Shown in pieces: positions 18,397-25,783 of a stretch of DNA of 64,000 nucleotides. The notes under the pieces were generated by a model. It made no database searches, was not told where the DNA came from, and was given only the letters and a program-made list of their open reading frames with translations. This stretch comes from an uncultured Pelagibacteraceae bacterium. Lineage in GTDB: Bacteria > Pseudomonadota > Alphaproteobacteria > Pelagibacterales > Pelagibacteraceae. The DNA is taken from positions 20,773-84,772 of the forward strand of contig CABZLS010000003.1 in assembly GCA_902526645.1 (NCBI GenBank), in the 5' to 3' direction. Position numbers and translations under genes: made by a program. The number at the start of each line of letters is the position of its first letter. Position 1 is the stretch's first letter.

Positions 18397-19584
18397 ATGG
18401 AATCAAAAAAAAGAATTATTTTAGCTTATTCAGGTGGGTTAGATACATCTATTATTCTTAAATGGCTCCAAGAAAATTATACTGCTGAAATAATTTGTTA
18501 CACAGCTGATATTGGGCAAAAAATCAATCGAAAAAAAATTATTTCTAATGCAAAAAAATTTGGCGTTAAAAAAATAATTATAAATGATCTAAAAAATATT
18601 TTCGTAAAAGATTATATTTACCCTATGATACGTGGTCACGCAATTTATGAAGGTGTCTACCTACTAGGAACTTCCATTGCTAGGCCACTAATAGCAAAAG
18701 ATCAAATAAGAGTCGCAAAAAAATTTAAAGCATATGCTGTGTCTCATGGTGCTACTGGAAAAGGTAATGATCAAATAAGATTTGAACTTGGCTATCATTA
18801 CTTTGGTCCAAAGATAAAGGTTATTGCTCCATGGAGAATTTGGAATTTAAAATCTAGATCAGATTTAATAAATTACGCTAAGAAACATAATATTCCAATC
18901 CCAAAAGATAAAAAAGGTTCAACTCCTTTTTCAGTGGACGATAATATATTTCACACATCAACGGAAGGTAAGGTTTTAGAAAATCCAAAAAACTCCGCAC
19001 CAGAATATATTTTTCAAAGAACTATTTCTCCAGAAAAAGCTCCCAACAAACCTTCGTATGTATCCATTAACTTTAAAAATGGAGACCCTATTGGCATTAA
19101 TGGTAAAAAATTAGGACCTGCAAAATTACTTATCAAACTTAATCAATTAGCTGGAAAAAATGGAATTGGTAGAGTTGATCTTGTTGAAAATAGATTTTTA
19201 GGGATTAAGTCTAGAGGAGTTTATGAAACACCTGGCGGTACATTATTAATTATTGCACATAGGGCAATTGAGTCAGTCACACTTGATAAAGAAACAATGC
19301 ACAAAAAAGATGCTGTTATGTCTAGATATGCAGAATTAATTTATAATGGATATTGGTTTTCTAAAGAAAGAATCAAAATACAAAAAACCATAGATTTAAA
19401 GAAAAACAAAATAAATGGTTCTGTAAAACTAAAAATTTATAAAGGCAATATTACAATTCTTTCTCGAATGACAAAAAGCACTGCTTATTCTAAAAAAAAA
19501 GTTTCATTTGAGGAAAATAAGTCATTTATAAAATCAAATGTTGAAAGATTTATTAATTTTCATAAAAAAAAGTTAAGAAACTAG
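18397..19584 (+). CDS. argG: Argininosuccinate synthase
   Basis: LAYSGGLDTS, HGATGKGNDQIRFE, ENRFLGIKSRGVYETPGG motifs. Confidence 0.97.
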   Translation: MESKKRIILAYSGGLDTSIILKWLQENYTAEIICYTADIGQKINRKKIISNAKKFGVKKIIINDLKNIFVKDYIYPMIRGHAIYEGVYLLGTSIARPLIAKDQIRVAKKFKAYAVSHGATGKGNDQIRFELGYHYFGPKIKVIAPWRIWNLKSRSDLINYAKKHNIPIPKDKKGSTPFSVDDNIFHTSTEGKVLENPKNSAPEYIFQRTISPEKAPNKPSYVSINFKNGDPIGINGKKLGPAKLLIKLNQLAGKNGIGRVDLVENRFLGIKSRGVYETPGGTLLIIAHRAIESVTLDKETMHKKDAVMSRYAELIYNGYWFSKERIKIQKTIDLKKNKINGSVKLKIYKGNITILSRMTKSTAYSKKKVSFEENKSFIKSNVERFINFHKKKLRN

Positions 19585-19644
19585 CTGATTATGAAGGGAC
19601 AAATTGGGGATTGTTTATTTTTAAAAAAAACTTAATTTAAATTT

Positions 19645-20103
19645 ATGGAATCATTTAAAAATTGGATGAGAGATACAGCAAATATTTTGTTTGATGATAG
19701 TAAAAACGATTTAAGGTCATTACCAAAAACTGTAAGGTTGCAAATCCTATTAGTCCTAAGTTTTATTTGGACCACTGTTTTTAGTTTATATGTATTTTCA
19801 TATACAACTTTTGTATTTGGCTGGACTGGACTTTTTTTAGCACACATTGGATTGATATTTGCAGTATATTTAACATTTAAACATTTTCATAGAGCTGAGG
19901 AAAATTCGGCCAGTGTTTTTAAAACAAAAAATTTTGACCCTTTTAAAATAATGGTGCTTGTTTTTGTGATTGTATTTATATTTGTTTTTTCAAAAGGTAT
20001 TGAAGTATTAACAAGTCCGAATCCATATTCTTATTCAATTCCTTATGAAGGTTCTTCAAAATCAGTATTTGAAAAATGGCTACCATTTAGTAAAGATAAA
20101 TAA
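19645..20103 (+). CDS. Hypothetical membrane protein (about 3 TM)
   Basis: 152-aa ORF with hydrophobic segments, first gene of a tightly spaced plus-strand run. Confidence 0.7.
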   Translation: MESFKNWMRDTANILFDDSKNDLRSLPKTVRLQILLVLSFIWTTVFSLYVFSYTTFVFGWTGLFLAHIGLIFAVYLTFKHFHRAEENSASVFKTKNFDPFKIMVLVFVIVFIFVFSKGIEVLTSPNPYSYSIPYEGSSKSVFEKWLPFSKDK

Positions 20104-20108
20104 ATTAT

Positions 20109-20489
20109 ATGGAAAAAATAGCAAAAAATTTACAACTTATTTTAATGGTTATCATTTTAATAAGCACAGTTATTGCAGTCGGTATAGAAATGTACAAAAT
20201 GTTTGAGAATAGATCTGTTACTCTTGCAGATTTGTTATTGATGTTTCTTTACTTAGAAGTGCTTGCAATGGTGAGGGTTTTTTGGAACCAACAATCAATT
20301 AGTATTACCCTGCCATTATTAATTGCAATTACTGCTTTAGCACGATTTATTATTCTTCAAGGTAAAGAAATGGACCCAACTGCATTAGTTTATGAAGCTA
20401 TTGCTATAGTTCTAATTGCTGGTGCGATTGTTATTCTAAGATTAAGACATAGTGATAAGCTCGGTCTAAAGAAAAAAAAATCAAAATAA
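20109..20489 (+). CDS. Phosphate-starvation-inducible PsiE family protein
   Basis: LADLLLMFLYLEVLAMV, PLLIAITALARFIIL motifs. Confidence 0.85.
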   Translation: MEKIAKNLQLILMVIILISTVIAVGIEMYKMFENRSVTLADLLLMFLYLEVLAMVRVFWNQQSISITLPLLIAITALARFIILQGKEMDPTALVYEAIAIVLIAGAIVILRLRHSDKLGLKKKKSK

Positions 20490-20495
20490 ATCAAA

Positions 20496-21635
20496 ATGAA
20501 ATTTGAAGCCTCTAAGGCTGCGGCCTTAAATAAATTAAACAATTTTGTTGAAAAAAACCTTTTTGAATATTCCAAATTAAGGAATTTTGATTTTGGACCA
20601 GAAAACAGAACAAATATATCTGGTTTATCTCCATATATAACCCATGGAGTAATCAATGAAAAAGAGGTGATAGAAAAATCACTAAGCAAATTTTCTTTTT
20701 CAAAAAATGAAAAATTTATTCAAGAAGTTTTGTGGCGAACATATTGGAAGGGTTGGTTAGAATTACGACCAAACGTTTGGACAGATTACTTAGTTGAGTT
20801 GAATAAAATTCGAGAAGAATATAAAGATAACCAAAATTACAAAAATGCAATAGATGGAAAAACCGATATTGAATGTTTTAATTTTTGGGTAACAGAGCTT
20901 AAAGAAAATAATTATTTACATAATCATACTAGAATGTGGTTTGCTAGTATTTGGATTTTTACATTAGAATTACCCTGGCAATTAGGAGCAGAATTTTTTA
21001 TGCAACATCTTTACGATGGTGACTCTGCATCTAATACTCTTGGTTGGAGATGGGTAGCCGGAATCCAAACACAGGGAAAACACTATCTTGCAAACGAGTG
21101 GAATATTAAAAAATTCACTAATAATAGATTTAATAATATCAAATTAAACGAAAACGCTCCTCCAAAAGTTTCTGAAAAAACTTACTCAATAGTTAAACAA
21201 GATTTTAGCAATAAAAATATAGATAATGAAAATCTTTTTATTTTTGAAAATAGTTTATCATTTGAAACTACAGATTTTCAAAATGATAAATTTAAAAAAA
21301 TCTATATAATTTCAAATAAAAATGAAAATAGATCTATCAAACTAAGTGAAAGAGTTATTAAATTTAAAACTCTTTTAGTAGATGATCAAAAACAAAGATT
21401 AGAAAATAATTCTATTAATTGTGAGGTGGTAGATATAAGTGAGATTAAAAATATAAACGAAAAAGTTATAGCGTTATATCCAACAGTCGGTGAAAACCTG
21501 GATTATTTAAATTCAAATAATTTAAAAATAGATTTTTTATATAGAAAACTTGATCAATATTCATGGCAATATTGTAATAAAGGTTTTTTTAATTTTAAAA
21601 ATTATATTCCTAAAATAATTACAACTTTTAATTAA
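20496..21635 (+). CDS. Short photolyase-like protein (FAD-binding domain at N-terminus, no antenna domain)
   Basis: SGLSPYITHG, FIQEVLWRTYWKGW, YLHNHTRMWFASIW, HLYDGDSASNTLGWRWVAG lie within the first 200 aa; the Rossmann antenna domain is absent. Confidence 0.85.
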   Translation: MKFEASKAAALNKLNNFVEKNLFEYSKLRNFDFGPENRTNISGLSPYITHGVINEKEVIEKSLSKFSFSKNEKFIQEVLWRTYWKGWLELRPNVWTDYLVELNKIREEYKDNQNYKNAIDGKTDIECFNFWVTELKENNYLHNHTRMWFASIWIFTLELPWQLGAEFFMQHLYDGDSASNTLGWRWVAGIQTQGKHYLANEWNIKKFTNNRFNNIKLNENAPPKVSEKTYSIVKQDFSNKNIDNENLFIFENSLSFETTDFQNDKFKKIYIISNKNENRSIKLSERVIKFKTLLVDDQKQRLENNSINCEVVDISEIKNINEKVIALYPTVGENLDYLNSNNLKIDFLYRKLDQYSWQYCNKGFFNFKNYIPKIITTFN

Positions 21636-21853
21636 AACCACCTAAACATCCCGATGATTCCTGCTGTAGCATAAAAAAATTGTAAAAATAATATTCCTCT
21701 GTGACCACCCCTATAGGCCCAAATTCCAATTAAAATTGCGGAAATAAGTAACAAACAAAAACCAAAAAATTCTATGCCAATATTCATAGCTACAAATAAT
21801 GAATATAGTATTGCAGTTATAACTCCTGCCCATTCAAAAATTTTATTATTCAT
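21632..21853 (-). CDS. Small 3-TM membrane protein, PnuC-half-like
   Basis: 73 aa; FEWAG at helix 1 and LQFFY....IIGMFRW at the C-terminus. Confidence 0.65.
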   Translation of the reverse strand: MNNKIFEWAGVITAILYSLFVAMNIGIEFFGFCLLLISAILIGIWAYRGGHRGILFLQFFYATAGIIGMFRWF

Positions 21854-21858
21854 ACTTT

Positions 21859-21996
21859 TTATTCGTTTTCCAACTTGAATTTTTTTCTATTATAAATTTT
21901 TTTTTTGTTTTTTACTATTTTATTTCTGAGCATTGGTGAACTTAACAATTTAGCCATTGGATTTTTCTTCTTTAATTTTTTTCTTTTTTTGCTCAT
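21859..21996 (-). CDS. 45-aa basic protein, ArfA-like (missing from ORF track)
   Basis: Hand translation: MSKKRKKLKKKNPMAKLLSSPMLRNKIVKNKKKIYNRKKFKLENE*; fills the gap between two co-oriented genes (28-nt and 5-nt spacers). Confidence 0.7.
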   Translation of the reverse strand: MSKKRKKLKKKNPMAKLLSSPMLRNKIVKNKKKIYNRKKFKLENE

Positions 21997-22024
21997 ATGA
22001 GTTTTTAAAATTAGTATACAAAAT

Positions 22025-22714
22025 TTATCTTGCCAATTTTATGAAAATATCACCCATGCCAGCATCTAAATTTTCTAAAGGTGTATTGTTTCTTAAATTA
22101 CAATACCTACCAGTAACTTGGTGGGTTTTAACAAAATCTATTTCGTCTTTTTCACAACTTTTTCCATTATGCAACAAACCTATAACTATTCGATCATCAA
22201 GACTATAAACCTCTGATTTATTAATTTTTTTACCATCGCAAAAATAATCTTTATTTACTCTGTTTGGAAAATCCTGTTTATCGCAAGGATTTTTGATTGT
22301 TAAAACATAAAATTCCTTCAAGCCATCTTTAAATTCATATTTCATTTTTTGAGTTTCAGAGTACTTCATAAGATCACATGAACATGGAACACAACATCTA
22401 TAATAATTTCCACAAATTTTTTTTTTAGTTTTAGTTTCTTCAACAAATAAAAATTCTGTGTCGCTATTTGGATCAATCAAAGATCCAGAAACTGCACAGT
22501 ATAATTTATTAAATTCGATAAAATCCTTATAAGTAATTTTTTTATCTATAATATATTTAAAAAACTTAGGTCCTGCCGCATTTCTATTTTTATCAGGAAA
22601 TATTCTTGACCAATCAGTAATAAGCTCCTTGTGATAGTTTTTTTCTTCAGCAAACGATTTAAGCTGAAATAATATTAAAAATATAATCAAAGAAAGATTT
22701 AAAAATTTTTTCAT
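22025..22714 (-). CDS. Hypothetical secreted Cys-rich protein (10 Cys)
   Basis: Signal peptide ending SFA-EE; CGNYYRCCVPCSCD cluster; ATGA overlap with the upstream gene. Confidence 0.8.
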   Translation of the reverse strand: MKKFLNLSLIIFLILFQLKSFAEEKNYHKELITDWSRIFPDKNRNAAGPKFFKYIIDKKITYKDFIEFNKLYCAVSGSLIDPNSDTEFLFVEETKTKKKICGNYYRCCVPCSCDLMKYSETQKMKYEFKDGLKEFYVLTIKNPCDKQDFPNRVNKDYFCDGKKINKSEVYSLDDRIVIGLLHNGKSCEKDEIDFVKTHQVTGRYCNLRNNTPLENLDAGMGDIFIKLAR

Positions 22715-24141
22715 TTTTGCTTTATGGTAATTGTTTGATTTAACTCACTTACATTGAATAATTTTTTTGTTCCATTGGTCCATTTAACCTCTACTTTAAA
22801 ATTTTTTTCATTTTTTCTAATTCCATAATGTGCCACAGGCTCCATTTGGCATAAGTAACCAGATCCTGCATCAATAGTTTTGGAATGCTTTCTTTTATTA
22901 GTTATTAATGTTACCGTAGCTCCTCTCGCCGGGGCACCATATTTATTTAATGGTTTAATTCTTAGGTATTTATTTTCTTTGTCAACTTTTGCTTTATACA
23001 AAGTTAATGGTTGTTCTTTACTTTCACCACGAGCAACTAACAATTCTAAAACTCCGTCATTATCAATATCTGCGACTGCTGCCCCAGTTCCATACCCTTT
23101 AGCTTCGAGACCAACTTGAAAATTTATCTGTTCAAATTTTCCATCATCTTTAATACGAAATAATTTATTTGGTTCTGCTATATTGTTCATAAAAACTTCA
23201 TCAAAACCATCGTTATCAAAATCTGCAGAAATAATTGTTCTAATTCTAGAAGGTTTATCAAAATCTTTATTTCCTATGTCTTTAAATTCGTTTTTTTCCA
23301 AAACCCAGGCTCTATGATATCCAAGCCAATTACCACTCAGAATATCTAATCTGCCTCGATAATATATGTCTGATAAAGCTGTACCTCTCCCATTTTGGAT
23401 TGAATCATCTACTCTATAATCAAATGCTACATCTTCAAAATTTCCATTATTATTTTTATAAAGATAATTTGCTCCCCTCTCATTTGCTGCAAAAACATCT
23501 GCTCTATCTGACAAGATATGTCCTGATACCACTGCTCTTCCACCAGTGATACTATCAAGATTTAAACTCTGAGCCTTATCTTTAATCAATTCATCTTCAA
23601 TCTCATAAAATCTGGTTGGGCCTCCGTAATTTGCTACATAGACTCCATATTCACCATCTCCCTTTCTATCTACACAAACTACAGATCTTCCTGCTGTTAA
23701 ATTTAGGTTTTCTTTATTTTTTTCTAATTCGAATAAATCAAAATAATTATTATCTTCTATATCTAATAATCTATCTGAATATTTTTTATCCCCACTATAT
23801 GTATCTGTATTTAGAAAGTAAATTTCTTCAAAGCCATCTTTATCGATATCACACGCAGCAACTCCTATAGTTCTTTTTAAAGTATCTGAAAAAATTTTTT
23901 GCTGATTTAGATTCTTTAATTTTCCATCCTGAAAAGATAAAGCTAAGTTAGGATAACCAAATCCTGTTACTAAAAACTCATAATTTCCATCCATATTAAA
24001 ATCTGTTACTGAGATACCATAGCTGAGCCTTTTTTCATTATTTTCAATAATTTTTGATAGATCCTCAAAAAATTCTGCACGAGTATTATTTGTAAGAATT
24101 ACAAAAAAAATTAAAATCAAATATCGAGTAAGATTTTTCAT
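22711..24141 (-). CDS. CRTAC1-family protein (FG-GAP beta-propeller plus ASPIC/UnbV domain)
   Basis: Repeated DxDxDG loops (DFNMDG, DIDKDG, DRKGDG, DFDNDG, DIDNDG); C-terminal GATVTL...IDAGSGYLCQMEPVAHYG. Start moved to ATG 24141, which overlaps the DUF2256 stop and gives a signal peptide MKNLTRYLILIFFVILTNNTRA. Confidence 0.88.
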   Translation of the reverse strand: MKNLTRYLILIFFVILTNNTRAEFFEDLSKIIENNEKRLSYGISVTDFNMDGNYEFLVTGFGYPNLALSFQDGKLKNLNQQKIFSDTLKRTIGVAACDIDKDGFEEIYFLNTDTYSGDKKYSDRLLDIEDNNYFDLFELEKNKENLNLTAGRSVVCVDRKGDGEYGVYVANYGGPTRFYEIEDELIKDKAQSLNLDSITGGRAVVSGHILSDRADVFAANERGANYLYKNNNGNFEDVAFDYRVDDSIQNGRGTALSDIYYRGRLDILSGNWLGYHRAWVLEKNEFKDIGNKDFDKPSRIRTIISADFDNDGFDEVFMNNIAEPNKLFRIKDDGKFEQINFQVGLEAKGYGTGAAVADIDNDGVLELLVARGESKEQPLTLYKAKVDKENKYLRIKPLNKYGAPARGATVTLITNKRKHSKTIDAGSGYLCQMEPVAHYGIRKNEKNFKVEVKWTNGTKKLFNVSELNQTITIKQK

Positions 24142-24266
24142 TTTTTTGATGAACATTTTTTTGAGCAATACTTAACCTTTTCCCAATTGAGTCTCCATTT
24201 CCTTCTCCATTTAAATGGTCTTTGACATATTGGACAAACCTTAATTGGTAAATTTTCTTTTTTCAC
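24138..24266 (-). CDS. DUF2256-type 42-aa zinc-finger protein (missing from ORF track)
   Basis: Hand translation from GTG: MKKENLPIKVCPICQRPFKWRRKWRLNWEKVKYCSKKCSSKK*; overlaps both neighbours (TAGTG, ATGA). Confidence 0.88.
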   Translation of the reverse strand: MKKENLPIKVCPICQRPFKWRRKWRLNWEKVKYCSKKCSSKK

Positions 24267-25756
24267 TAAACTGTGTTTTCTTTAATGAATTTATCTGCAG
24301 CCGACAAAATTAATTTTTTTCTATCCGCTTTCATTTTATCAAAAATTCTTACCATCATTGAAAGTCTTGGATTTTTTAAAAAAAACTTTCTATTACGATC
24401 AATAAATCTCCAGTAAAGTCCGTCCATCGTGTTACACCACTCTCCTTTTTTAAAATCCATCATTTTCATAAAATAACTTGATCCACAAATGTATGGTTTG
24501 GTTGCAAAAATTCCCCCATCACTAAATAACCCCATACCATAAACATTAGGCACCATTACCCAATCTGAGGAATCTACAAACATCTCCATGAACCATTTGT
24601 AAACAATATTAGGTTTTATTTCACAAAGGTTCATTATGTTTGATAAAATCATTAATCTTTCAATGTGATGAGACCATCCAAAATTTAATGCATTTTTAAT
24701 TGCATAATCTAATGGAGGTAAACCTGTCGTTCCATCATACCATGACTTTTTCATTTTACGATTTTGTTTGAAAAAATTTCCAGTTTCCATTTCATTTGAG
24801 TAACTTTGATAAATGCCTCTCATAAATTCTCTCCATCCTATAACCTGACGAACATAGCCTTCTAAAGAATTTAACCTGATTTTTTTACTCTTATGAAAAT
24901 CTAAAACTTTTTTGATAATAAATTCAGGTGTAATTAGACCAAGGTTAATATAAGGACTTAAAGCGCTGTGAAACAAAATATTATCTTTTTGATCAACTGC
25001 GTCTTCGTAATCGCCAAATAAATTAGATTTTTCTTTAATGAAAAAATTCAATAATTTGACTACATCATTATACTCTGTAGCAAACCAAAAATTTTTGGTT
25101 GTTCCTGGATGATCTTTAAATAATTTTTCAATAATAGGTTTCAATTTTTTTGTATGACTTGTTTCATTAATTTTAGGAAACTTTGGAATAGAAATATCTT
25201 TTGGTAACTTATTTCTATTATCTTCATCAAAACTCCATTTACCTCCAATTGGGTTTCCATCTGAACCCATTAATATCCCTGATTTTTTTCTGACATCTTT
25301 ATAAAAAGTTGCCATGAAAGGTTTTTTTGATTTAGATAAATATTGTTTAAATTCCTCTCTTGAATTTAAAAACATTGGAGTTTGAACAACATTCCATTTT
25401 ATTTTTTCTTTTTTAAGAAATTGATTAATTTTTTTTTCAAAAAATTTGTCCTCAATCTCAAAGCTTGAAATTTCTTTTATTTTTTTTGAACTAATTACTT
25501 TTTTTAATTTCTTTAAATAATCGTCTTTAAATTCTTTATCCTCAATTCTAAAGTACTCTAATTTAAACTTATCTTTTTTAAGGGTTTCTGCGTGCGAACG
25601 CATTGATGATAAGAAAAGAAGTATTTTATTTTTATGATGTTTTTCATAAGTGCATAACTGGTAATCTTCAGCCATAAAAAACAGGTGGTCTTTTTTGAAG
25701 CGGTCCAAGTATTTTGATGGAAATAATTGGTTACCCAGTATAAAAAATAACTTCAT
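24266..25756 (-). CDS. Bacterial (6-4) photolyase / cryptochrome of the FeS-BCP (PhrB) clade, lacking Fe-S ligands
   Basis: ILGNQLF, HHKNKILLFLSSMR, GGKWSFDEDNR, FGDYEDA, LFHSALSPYINLG, RQVIGWREF, WSHHIERLM, WVMVPNVYGM, KPYICGSSY motifs. Confidence 0.9.
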   Translation of the reverse strand: MKLFFILGNQLFPSKYLDRFKKDHLFFMAEDYQLCTYEKHHKNKILLFLSSMRSHAETLKKDKFKLEYFRIEDKEFKDDYLKKLKKVISSKKIKEISSFEIEDKFFEKKINQFLKKEKIKWNVVQTPMFLNSREEFKQYLSKSKKPFMATFYKDVRKKSGILMGSDGNPIGGKWSFDEDNRNKLPKDISIPKFPKINETSHTKKLKPIIEKLFKDHPGTTKNFWFATEYNDVVKLLNFFIKEKSNLFGDYEDAVDQKDNILFHSALSPYINLGLITPEFIIKKVLDFHKSKKIRLNSLEGYVRQVIGWREFMRGIYQSYSNEMETGNFFKQNRKMKKSWYDGTTGLPPLDYAIKNALNFGWSHHIERLMILSNIMNLCEIKPNIVYKWFMEMFVDSSDWVMVPNVYGMGLFSDGGIFATKPYICGSSYFMKMMDFKKGEWCNTMDGLYWRFIDRNRKFFLKNPRLSMMVRIFDKMKADRKKLILSAADKFIKENTV

Positions 25757-25783
25757 ATTTAAATATAACTAATAAAATTTTTT

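Noticed and set aside
18397-19584. Lys-rich, divergent C-terminus of ArgG as a sign of decay
   Set aside because: Full length with all catalytic motifs intact; consistent with AT-driven amino-acid bias.
20390-20689. 99-aa minus-strand ORF across psiE and the photolyase
   Set aside because: Antisense to two well-supported genes.
24142-24168. ORF-track N-terminus MLKKMFIKK of the CRTAC1 protein
   Set aside because: This stretch belongs to the DUF2256 gene in another frame; ATG 24141 gives a proper signal peptide and coupling.
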